From a virus (taxonomy: Duplodnaviria > Caudoviricetes), in IMG/VR virus record IMGVR_UViG_3300030106_006201, positions 1,667-65,666 of that record: a stretch of 64,000 nucleotides of DNA; one strand, written 5' to 3'. The notes beneath the pieces are model-generated. The model made no database searches. It had not been told where the DNA came from and was given only the letters and a program-made list of their open reading frames with translations. Positions 9,190-16,994 of this stretch are shown one piece after another (the stretch's first letter is position 1; each line of letters begins with the position of its first letter). A program made the translations under genes and the position numbers.

Positions 9190-9410
9190 CCGCATCCCCG
9201 GCGCCGCGCTGGGCGACCCGGGAAGAGGCCGCCGAGCATGCCCGCGTCAGCGTCTACACCATCGACCGGTGGCGCGCCGCCGGGCTCATCCCCGTCCACG
9301 GCGTCGGCGGCAAAATGGCCCGCTACAACCTCAACGACATCGACGCACTCCTACTCGGCGAGCGGGACACACAGGCGTCAGGGGAGGACACGCGCAGTGC
9401 CGCGCATTAG
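9186..9410 (+). CDS. excisionase/MerR-like HTH protein
   Basis: ATREEAAEHARVSVYTIDRWRAAGLI...RY...DID. Confidence 0.75.
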   Translation: MTASPAPRWATREEAAEHARVSVYTIDRWRAAGLIPVHGVGGKMARYNLNDIDALLLGERDTQASGEDTRSAAH

Positions 9411-10296
9411 GAACCTCAAGCCCCAATTCTGGGATTCGCCCGACACGGCGCGGGCCGACCTGGCGTGCCGACTGCTGTACATGGCGATGTGGAACTGGGC
9501 CGACGACGCCGGCCGCGGCACCGCCAACCTGAAAGAGTTGGAGGCGTTCGCGTTCCCTAACGACGACATCCAAACCCTGCCCCGCCGAGCTTCGGCGGGT
9601 AGCGCCCGAAATTCGGCGACTGTGTGGAGCAGTTTCGCCGAGCTGTTCCTGGAAACCATTCAGGTGTACAAAGTGGACGTTTATGTCCACGGCGGCCGGA
9701 AGTTCTACGAAATTAGCTCATTCCGCGAACACCAGTCGAAACACTTCAACCCGAACTCCACCCTGCCCGGCCCGGCCGACGGTCAAGAATGGGACGTGGC
9801 CAGCGAATACGGCCTCAACACGACCACCGGCGACGACACAGTGCCCGAGGAAGGGCCACACAGTGCCCGAAATTCGGCGATTAGCTGCCGGGATCTGCCG
9901 TTAGATAGGGATAGGGATAGGGATAGGGATAGGGATACAGAGTCTCTTACGTTAGTTGGGGGGTCCGGGGGGAAGGGCGCAACACCCGCCCGCGGCACCC
10001 GCCTCCCCGACAACTGGCAACCCGACCGCCACGTCATCGACGCCATGCGCGAAGAAGCACCCCACATCGACCTCCGACGCGAACACCGCCGCTTCACCGA
10101 CCACTGGAAAGCCGCCACCGGCCGCACCGCCACCAAACGCGACTGGAACGCCGCCTGGCGAAACTGGATCCGCACCGCAGCCGACCGCGCACCCGCCACC
10201 AACAGCCACCAGCCCCCCAGCAAGCTCCGCCAAGCAGCCGAACGCGCAGCACGAGCACGAACCGCCGAAACCAACCCCCAACAGGAACTCACATGA
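9397..10296 (+). CDS. phage replication initiator (RepA/O-like)
   Basis: PRIRNLKPQFW N-terminus, DR-repeat linker, C-terminal GTRLPDNW...DWNAAWRNWIR. Confidence 0.75.
   Translation: MPRIRNLKPQFWDSPDTARADLACRLLYMAMWNWADDAGRGTANLKELEAFAFPNDDIQTLPRRASAGSARNSATVWSSFAELFLETIQVYKVDVYVHGGRKFYEISSFREHQSKHFNPNSTLPGPADGQEWDVASEYGLNTTTGDDTVPEEGPHSARNSAISCRDLPLDRDRDRDRDRDTESLTLVGGSGGKGATPARGTRLPDNWQPDRHVIDAMREEAPHIDLRREHRRFTDHWKAATGRTATKRDWNAAWRNWIRTAADRAPATNSHQPPSKLRQAAERAARARTAETNPQQELT
9904..9937 (+). repeat. (GATAGG)5 tandem repeat in the initiator gene
   Basis: Read directly; encodes DRDRDRDRDRD. Confidence 0.9.
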
Positions 10297-10658
10297 CCAC
10301 CAGAGCCGACGCACTCGAACTCCTCGCACTCATCAGCGCCCGCCACCGACGCACCGCACCCCGCATCGACGACGACGACGAAGCCAACTTCATCGCCGAC
10401 CAATGGGCCGAAATGTTCAACCACTACCAGCTACACCAAGCCGACCTCATCGCCGCAGTGAAGAAACGCTCACTCACCCACCCCGACGCCCCCGAACCAG
10501 CCGACATCATCCGCTGGGCACGCGACATCCGAAACGACCGCGCCAACCGCGTCGACCCCGAACACCGCCAAACCGCCCTCTACCACCCCGACCAACTCGC
10601 CGACAACCAGCGCAGACTCGCCGCCATCACCGACACCATCGGAAACCCGCCCCAATGA
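10293..10658 (+). CDS. putative helicase loader/inhibitor (G39P-like)
   Basis: Position after the initiator; MTT..ALELLALI....R...W..M pattern. Confidence 0.45.
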   Translation: MTTRADALELLALISARHRRTAPRIDDDDEANFIADQWAEMFNHYQLHQADLIAAVKKRSLTHPDAPEPADIIRWARDIRNDRANRVDPEHRQTALYHPDQLADNQRRLAAITDTIGNPPQ

Positions 10659-10930
10659 ACCACCTCAACGACCTCAAAAACCGGCAAGCCCAAGCCCGCG
10701 CCGAAACCGCCTACCAACACACCCGGCAACCCGCCCAACCGAACGCCGGCCAACCCCACCGGCCAACAGACAACCCCCTACGACGCCGCTGCCCCTGGTG
10801 CAAAGCCACCCCCAGCCAGCCCTGCACCATCCCCGGAACCGGAATCCGGCTCGGCCGACACAGCCGCTACCACCCCAGCCGAACCGAAACCCCCGCCGCG
10901 CAACAGCCCGCCGCGCACGCAAACCCCTGA
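10655..10930 (+). CDS. zinc-finger protein
   Basis: CPWCKATPSQPC...HPSR. Confidence 0.65.
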   Translation: MNHLNDLKNRQAQARAETAYQHTRQPAQPNAGQPHRPTDNPLRRRCPWCKATPSQPCTIPGTGIRLGRHSRYHPSRTETPAAQQPAAHANP

Positions 10931-10960
10931 CCAGCCCAAACCGGAGATACCCTCAGACAC

Positions 10961-11467
10961 ATGACCGCCGTCGACCCCGCAACTAGCGACGACACCGCCG
11001 CCGACATGGGTGAGCGGGCCTTCGAGCTGTACAACCGCGGCAACACCTGGCAGCAGGTCGCTGACCAGCTCGGATACTCGCACCGGTCCAGCGCGAAGCG
11101 GGCTGCGGAGGCGTACCTGCAGCGGGAGGCGCATGAGTCGACGGCGACTTCGCGGCTGTACAACGAGCGGGGTTACATGCTGCTGATCGGGTCGATGACC
11201 AGCATGTTTGAGCAGGCTCGGGCTGAGGGCAGGCGGATGGAGGCGAATGCGCTGGCGCGGACGATTGGGCAGTTGCGGGATCGTTGGGCGCGTCTGTCGG
11301 GGCAGTATGTGCCGGTTGAGCAGCATGTTCATGTGCAGGTGAAGTCGTCGGCGGTGGTGGTTTTGGAGGATGCGCGGCAGCAGTTCCGGGCGATCGCGGA
11401 GCGGGAGTTGGGTGCTGCGGCCGAGTTGCCGGCGGGCCAGGTGGTGGACGGGGAGGTCGTGGAGTGA
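10961..11467 (+). CDS. HTH protein, candidate terminase small subunit
   Basis: N-terminal HTH (GNTWQQVADQLGY), coiled middle, C-terminal VVDGEVVE. Confidence 0.5.
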   Translation: MTAVDPATSDDTAADMGERAFELYNRGNTWQQVADQLGYSHRSSAKRAAEAYLQREAHESTATSRLYNERGYMLLIGSMTSMFEQARAEGRRMEANALARTIGQLRDRWARLSGQYVPVEQHVHVQVKSSAVVVLEDARQQFRAIAERELGAAAELPAGQVVDGEVVE

Positions 11468-11661
11468 GCGCGCGGCCGGGCCAGGATGCCGATTGCGCCC
11501 GTCTGGGTTCGCCGCTGGCCGATTTTCGGGCCGCCGGGGTACCCCAGTGGGGGCCGGACGGCTTACAGAGGCTCTCAGGGCGCGTTTTCGGGGGTTACAC
11601 GCTGGCGGGATTGATGGTGCTGCGCCGCGCGGACGGTTCGACCGTTGTGAGGCAGGCATGA
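11464..11661 (+). CDS. hypothetical protein
   Basis: GTGA overlap. Confidence 0.45.
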   Translation: MSARPGQDADCARLGSPLADFRAAGVPQWGPDGLQRLSGRVFGGYTLAGLMVLRRADGSTVVRQA

Positions 11662-12120
11662 GCGCCGAGCCTGTCCGGTTCGGCTGGCCGGACCCTGACG
11701 ATGACGAGTGTGTCGCGGAGACGCCGGGCAATTGCCGGGGCTGCTGCCTGGCCGATGTGGGCATGTTGTGACCAGGCCGGTCGTTTGCTGCACGCCTGCC
11801 AGTTGGTGGACGGGCACGCGGGCCAGGCATGTTTGCTGCTGCGGAAGGAGCTGGGCGTGAGTGACGTGGAGCATTCGCGGTGCCAGCTCGGATACTTAAG
11901 AGCATGACCAGGCCCGGTTCTGTCACGAGCACCGCGGGTTTCTTGAGCCGGGGTCGCCGCATCGGGTGTGCGACAAGTCGCCGCAGCATCCGAACCGTCG
12001 CAGAGACCTAGCCGCGCCACCCGACGATGATGTACGGTGATCACAATGTTAGTTCCCCGGGCGACGGCGGTCACCGTCCCCGGGGCGGCCAAGCACCAAC
12101 GCGAAAGGAAACGCTTGACG

Positions 12121-12522
12121 ATGAACGATCATAGCGGCCCGGCCCGCAACACCGAACTGTTGCAGCGGGTCATGCAGCACATCGACGACCACCCCGAGCA
12201 GCACAACCAGGCCGTGTGGCTGAGGCACGACTGCGGCACGGCGGCGTGTTTCGCCGGGTGGGCCGCACTGCTCAGCGACGAACTGGTCGAAGTGCAGGAC
12301 GTGGAGGTGGACGGGATGTTCTATGACCGCGCCGGCGTCATGCACGCCACGAGTGGTGCCGCCGTGAAGGTTCTGGGTGTCACCGGTGAAGAATCTGACG
12401 TCCTGTTCGACGCGACGAACAGCCGGGACATGCTGCGGCTCATGGTGAAAGACCTCGTCAACGGCGACACGCTGCTCGACTGCGATCACTACCGGGGCGA
12501 AGCCGAAGGTGGCACACGGTGA
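12121..12522 (+). CDS. hypothetical protein
   Basis: AAAGGAA SD; HPEQHNQ..W...CGTAACFAGWA motif. Confidence 0.7.
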   Translation: MNDHSGPARNTELLQRVMQHIDDHPEQHNQAVWLRHDCGTAACFAGWAALLSDELVEVQDVEVDGMFYDRAGVMHATSGAAVKVLGVTGEESDVLFDATNSRDMLRLMVKDLVNGDTLLDCDHYRGEAEGGTR

Positions 12523-12785
12523 CCGCGGATCATTTCTCGCCGGCTGAGCGCGCCCAGTTCGACGCGCAAACCGCGGCGGCGAAAGCGGTGTGCGACTGGC
12601 TGGACGGCGACGAGCACCGGGCGTTGATCAACTGCACGCCCGCGATGATCTCCCAAGTCGCCGTCAACGCCTACCGGAAAGCCCTGGCCGCCACGATCGT
12701 TGAGCGACGGGACGCGATCAACCATGGGCCAAGGGACGCTGACCGGGTCGCCGAACTAAACCGGGTGTTGGAGATCCTCGAATGA
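12519..12785 (+). CDS. hypothetical protein
   Basis: Coupled ORF. Confidence 0.6.
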   Translation: MTADHFSPAERAQFDAQTAAAKAVCDWLDGDEHRALINCTPAMISQVAVNAYRKALAATIVERRDAINHGPRDADRVAELNRVLEILE

Positions 12786-13144
12786 CCGGAGCGGACCCGG
12801 CGGTTGAAGCCGCGCGGCGGGCATGGGGTGCTGGCGCAGATTGGGAGTTCAACGACAGGACCACGGGCGGCATGAGTCTCGCCGCCGCCCGTGAGGCCCT
12901 AGCCCCGGTCAGGGCGCTGCACTACCGCATCGACATCGCCGCGACGAGTTGTGTCGAAGAGTGCGAAGTGCACGAGGACGAATGCCCACTGGACGTGAAA
13001 GTCCCCGTGTGCCGCGAGTGCTACCGGATCGCCGAAGAGGCCGATCTGTATTTCTCCGAGCGGCCAGGCTGGCACGAGCCGGTCGCATGGCCTTGCGCGA
13101 CTGCCCGCCTCGCCTACACCGCCGAAGAACTGGAGAGGAAATGA
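12782..13144 (+). CDS. hypothetical protein
   Basis: AAREALAPVRALH...C..C...WPCATARL pattern. Confidence 0.65.
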   Translation: MTGADPAVEAARRAWGAGADWEFNDRTTGGMSLAAAREALAPVRALHYRIDIAATSCVEECEVHEDECPLDVKVPVCRECYRIAEEADLYFSERPGWHEPVAWPCATARLAYTAEELERK

Positions 13145-13821
13145 GTGACGAGTGGGGCTGGTGCACGTGGGTGCCGCAGGGGGTGCGCGACCAGGTCGAG
13201 GACTTCTGGCGGCACCACGGCGGCGAGGCCGGGTGGCGGGCAGACATGCTCAGGCAAGGCGCCCCCAAGTACGGCGCGGTAGTCACGATGGACGACGGGT
13301 TCGGGTCGAATCCGGCGCAAGTCACGGGCATGTACGTGCACGCCTGGAACAACATCGGCCGCATCGTGATGCCGGACGGCACGTTCCGGTACACGTCATT
13401 CGTGTCAGGCCGCGACTACACGGCGACACCCGAGGACGCGTTCGCTGATGCGATCAACTCGCCGGACCTGGACATGTCGATTCCCGATCCTGGTCTGCCG
13501 GAGGATGTTCGGCTGTTCGGCGTGCTCACCGGCGACGGTTTCACGTCCACCCCGGACGGCTTGCTGGCCAGGGCGCGGGCTGTGCTCGACGGGGTCACCG
13601 AAGGGCCGTGGGTTCAGGTCGGGTTCGGCAACGTGCAGCAAGTCCCAGCCGGGCAGCATCCACCGGTCGCGAAGGCGTGGCGCTCAGCGAATGGCGAGTT
13701 CATCGCCCAGTCCCGCACGCTGGTGCCCGAGCTGGTCGCTTTGGCGGCCCGGCAGGCCGCCGAGATTGACCGGCTGAGCACCGAACTCGACACCGCCAAC
13801 ACGAAAGCCGCGCACCCGTGA
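13141..13821 (+). CDS. hypothetical protein
   Basis: GGAGAGG SD; ATGA overlap. Confidence 0.65.
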   Translation: MSDEWGWCTWVPQGVRDQVEDFWRHHGGEAGWRADMLRQGAPKYGAVVTMDDGFGSNPAQVTGMYVHAWNNIGRIVMPDGTFRYTSFVSGRDYTATPEDAFADAINSPDLDMSIPDPGLPEDVRLFGVLTGDGFTSTPDGLLARARAVLDGVTEGPWVQVGFGNVQQVPAGQHPPVAKAWRSANGEFIAQSRTLVPELVALAARQAAEIDRLSTELDTANTKAAHP

Positions 13822-14096
13822 GCGCCCCGGATTTGGCGTCTGCGCAGGCCGGGATCGACGCCGCCATGGACGTGGCCAAGGACCTGGCCGAGGGCCGTTT
13901 GAACGCCGCCGACCTGACCGCCGCCGTCGCCCAGGAGCAGCGAGCCCTGTTCGCCACCGTCGTCGGGCCCGGCGACGCCCTGTGGGACGTGCATGTTGAC
14001 GTGGCCCGCCAAGTCCTGGCCGCCGGGGGCATCGACGAAGGCGAGCTAGCCGAATGGTTGGCCGTCACACGGAAACGAAACGAGCCGCCCACATGA
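13818..14096 (+). CDS. hypothetical protein
   Basis: Coupled ORF. Confidence 0.65.
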   Translation: MSAPDLASAQAGIDAAMDVAKDLAEGRLNAADLTAAVAQEQRALFATVVGPGDALWDVHVDVARQVLAAGGIDEGELAEWLAVTRKRNEPPT

Positions 14097-14173
14097 CTGG
14101 CTTGTGGGATGCGCTGATCCTGGTGGCGTTGATCGCGGGAACCCTGTGGGTGGCGAACAGGATCGGGCTATAA
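14093..14173 (+). CDS. small membrane peptide (26 aa)
   Basis: MTGLWDALILVALIAGTLWVANRIGL; ATGA overlap. Confidence 0.45.
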   Translation: MTGLWDALILVALIAGTLWVANRIGL

Positions 14174-14203
14174 TCGGCAGGCACCCCGAACGGAAGGCCC
14201 CGC

Positions 14204-15007
14204 ATGGAATCGCTCACCGTCGCGTCCCTGTTCGACGGCATCGGCGGATTCCTACTCGCATTCTCTAGGGCTGGTGCCCGCACGGTAGCCACCGTCGAAA
14301 TTAACCAGGCCGCCGCCGCGGTCAGCGCCCGCCACTTCCCTGACGCCGCCCAATTCGATGACGTGACAAAGGTGACCGGCCATGACCTCAGAGCAGCTGG
14401 ATTTGTTCCCGAACGAGGAATCCTCACCGCCGGTTGGCCCTGCCAGGATTTCTCCGTGGCGGGCCGTCGCGCGGGCCTGGGTGGCGCACGTAGCGGATTG
14501 TGGTGGGAAGTTGTGCGGCTCCTGGCTGAACTCCGCCCCGCCTGGTTCGTTGGCGAGAACGTCCCTGGCCTCCTGTCATCAGTCTGCGACCCCGAGTGCC
14601 CCGGCGGCTGCATGCGGACTCACGGGGGCGCAATGGGTGCCGTCCTCGGGTCGCTGGCAGAACTCGGGTATGGGTTCGCCTACCGAGTGCTGGACGCTCA
14701 ACACTTCGGAGTTCCCCAGCAGCGCAAGCGTGTCGTCATTGTCGGACATTCTGGAGCCGCCTTCGGAGCGGCTGCGCAGGTACTACTTGAGCCAGAAAGC
14801 GGCGCAGGGGATTCTGCGCCGCGCGGGCAAGCGGGGGAGGGCGCTGACTCCGACGCTCCAAGCCGCCTTGCAACGACTCGCGGGGATGACATAGCCCCAA
14901 CGCTGACGACGACATACGGCAAGAGCAACTTTCGAGGTGATGGGATTGATGCCCTGATCTTGGAGGACAGCTCAGAACACACACACACACACAACGAGTC
15001 CAGCTGA
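14204..15007 (+). CDS. C5 cytosine DNA methyltransferase, motifs I-VIII only (C-terminally truncated)
   Basis: SLFDGIGG, GWPCQDFS, ENVPG, QQRKRV present; no motif IX/X; ends just after an (AC)8 tract. Confidence 0.85.
   Translation: MESLTVASLFDGIGGFLLAFSRAGARTVATVEINQAAAAVSARHFPDAAQFDDVTKVTGHDLRAAGFVPERGILTAGWPCQDFSVAGRRAGLGGARSGLWWEVVRLLAELRPAWFVGENVPGLLSSVCDPECPGGCMRTHGGAMGAVLGSLAELGYGFAYRVLDAQHFGVPQQRKRVVIVGHSGAAFGAAAQVLLEPESGAGDSAPRGQAGEGADSDAPSRLATTRGDDIAPTLTTTYGKSNFRGDGIDALILEDSSEHTHTHNESS
14382..14894 (+). CDS. nested alternate-frame ORF in the C5 MTase (candidate second subunit)
   Basis: +1 frame, 170 aa; SSLSDILE...RYYLSQKAAQGILRRA.KRG motif. Confidence 0.65.
   Translation: MTSEQLDLFPNEESSPPVGPARISPWRAVARAWVAHVADCGGKLCGSWLNSAPPGSLARTSLASCHQSATPSAPAAACGLTGAQWVPSSGRWQNSGMGSPTECWTLNTSEFPSSASVSSLSDILEPPSERLRRYYLSQKAAQGILRRAGKRGRALTPTLQAALQRLAGMT
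14977..14993 (+). repeat. (AC)8A microsatellite
   Basis: Read directly. Confidence 0.9.
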
Positions 15008-15087
15008 CTGGTGTGCGGGCTGCGGCCTGCACCGCTACGTCACCGGGCAGCACCGGGACGACTGCACACTACCGAAAGAGGAACGCG

Positions 15088-15393
15088 ATGACGGCCAGCG
15101 TTGACGCTCGGCAGGTGGCCGAGCTGGAGGAACTGTACGGGCGCGAAATCCCGTGCGGCGGAAACTGGGCGACCGGGCGGCCCTGCCCCGATTCAGCGGC
15201 TGCCGTGGTGGTGCGGAGCAACGTCGGAAAATGCCGGCATCCTCCGGTCGCGCAAGATTTCAAATGCTTGCGCTGCTACACCGACTGGCTGACCGCCGCG
15301 ATCGAAGCGGCCACTTATGGCCGTCCGGCCTGCGCGAGCTGCGGCACCGAGTTCACAACCGCGATACTTCGCCGCATGTACGTTCCACTGTGA
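15088..15393 (+). CDS. Cys-rich hypothetical protein
   Basis: GAGG SD; CxxC pairs. Confidence 0.6.
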   Translation: MTASVDARQVAELEELYGREIPCGGNWATGRPCPDSAAAVVVRSNVGKCRHPPVAQDFKCLRCYTDWLTAAIEAATYGRPACASCGTEFTTAILRRMYVPL

Positions 15394-15394
15394 C

Positions 15395-15646
15395 ATGGCG
15401 CGCCGGAAGCATCACAAGCCGCGGGGCCGCCGCCAGCCGCGCCCGAAACCGGTTGACGGGGCGAAACTTCGGGCGCAGCGCCTCGAAAACAACTGGCGCA
15501 TCAAACACACCGACCAGGGCGAGATCCTGGCCCTGGAGCCGGGCAGGGAACACGAACAGGTTTTCGAAGGCGGGGACGACCCGTACTGGGATGCCGTGCA
15601 GTTCGCGGCGAAATGTTTACGAGGAGAACAGGAACCAGACAAATGA
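15395..15646 (+). CDS. hypothetical protein
   Basis: ORF within the operon. Confidence 0.55.
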   Translation: MARRKHHKPRGRRQPRPKPVDGAKLRAQRLENNWRIKHTDQGEILALEPGREHEQVFEGGDDPYWDAVQFAAKCLRGEQEPDK

Positions 15647-15894
15647 GATGCCCCGAATGTGAACGCACAGGACAGCGGTCACGGCTGTACATGCCCGACT
15701 GCTACGGATCCACCGCGATGGGCGGGAGCCAGGAATACTACGACGAGGACGGGCGCCACCACTACCACAACGTGAACCGTTCTAGTGGGCAGGCGAACTG
15801 TTCAAGCGGGCACACGTTGACGGTGCGCCTGTCAACGAAATGCCCCGCCGAAGGCTGCGAGTACGGCAGCCCCCAGTCGATCGAACTGGCGTGA
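15643..15894 (+). CDS. Cys-rich hypothetical protein
   Basis: MRCPEC...YYDEDGRHH. Confidence 0.6.
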   Translation: MRCPECERTGQRSRLYMPDCYGSTAMGGSQEYYDEDGRHHYHNVNRSSGQANCSSGHTLTVRLSTKCPAEGCEYGSPQSIELA

Positions 15895-16166
15895 CCCCGG
15901 CCGCGGTGTTGTCTGCGCACGCCTGGAACAGCATCACCGGCAAGTGCGCGTGCGGCGGTTGGGAAGGCAACCGGGTAGACCACGGGGCGCACCAGATCGA
16001 GCAGCTCAAAGCCCGCGGATGGGTGATCGAGCCGGCCCGAATCAGCATTCTCTGCCCCGTGCAGGACTGCCAGTGGGTCACCTCGACGCCGCCGATGCTG
16101 CACCCGGCTATCGAGATGGCTAACCATCTGGTGGACGCGCACAACGCCACCCGGCAGCGCGCATGA
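15891..16166 (+). CDS. hypothetical protein
   Basis: GTGA overlap. Confidence 0.55.
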   Translation: MTPAAVLSAHAWNSITGKCACGGWEGNRVDHGAHQIEQLKARGWVIEPARISILCPVQDCQWVTSTPPMLHPAIEMANHLVDAHNATRQRA

Positions 16167-16410
16167 ACGTCTACATCGCTGACGGCCCCGCCGAGGGGAG
16201 AAGGTTCCGCTATCCGACGCCGCTACCCGACATTCTGGTCATCGCCGAACCGTGGGGACGGTCGCCGCGTCACGCCCAAGTACCACGAATACCGCCGCGA
16301 CCGCGACGCTGGGGTGTACCGGCACAAACGAGGATGCTTCTGTGGTGGCCTGCCAGGAACAGTCACAGCGCTTGACGCGGGACAGCACCAGCCGGGCGCA
16401 TAATCGACGC

Positions 16411-16737
16411 ATGGCTAGGTCACGCAGCAGGGGCAGGGCGCGCGCCGGCATCAGCCGCCGGGCCGCCACCACCAGGCGGGTCACGGGCGGGCGCAGACGG
16501 GCCGCAGTCACCGGGCGCCGGGCCGTGCGCATGTCGGCCGCAACGGGCGGGGTTGCGCAGCTCGCAAGCCGCGGCGGGCACAAAGGTTTCGTCAGCAAAG
16601 CGCAATGGCGCTACTTCTGGGCAAACAAGAAATTACGCAAATATGCACGTAAGAAGGCGCATGCAACGCCAGGCGGCAAAGTCGTGAGGTACCGTCGACT
16701 GCCGGAGCGCAAAGGCGTGAAGAAAAACTACCGCTAA
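16411..16737 (+). CDS. highly basic Arg/Lys-rich protein
   Basis: CATAAT-N6-ATG leaderless start; GFVSKAQWRYFWA. Confidence 0.65.
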   Translation: MARSRSRGRARAGISRRAATTRRVTGGRRRAAVTGRRAVRMSAATGGVAQLASRGGHKGFVSKAQWRYFWANKKLRKYARKKAHATPGGKVVRYRRLPERKGVKKNYR

Positions 16738-16994
16738 TGACCGGCTCCCAGCTCGTCCACGGCCAGTTCCGGCCCGAACCGTGGATGGACGACGCGCTGT
16801 GCCGGGAGGTGGACCCGGACATGTTTTTCACCCCGCCCGGCGACTCGTCGGGGGCTGCGGCGGCGAAGGCGGTGTGCCGACTGTGTGAGGTGTCGGCGGA
16901 CTGTTTGCGGTACGCGGTCGAGCACGATGAACGGTTCGGGATTTGGGCGGCGACCACGCCGCGGGACCGGGCACGCATCCGGGGCCGGGCGTGA
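16737..16994 (+). CDS. whiB: WhiB family transcription factor
   Basis: W...ALC...DPDMFF...AKAVC..C.V..DCL.YA....ERFGIWAA. Confidence 0.9.
   Translation: MTGSQLVHGQFRPEPWMDDALCREVDPDMFFTPPGDSSGAAAAKAVCRLCEVSADCLRYAVEHDERFGIWAATTPRDRARIRGRA

Noticed and set aside
11658-11907. Two short overlapping Cys-rich ORFs that might be one frameshifted gene
   Set aside because: No recognisable family or slippery site to support joining them.
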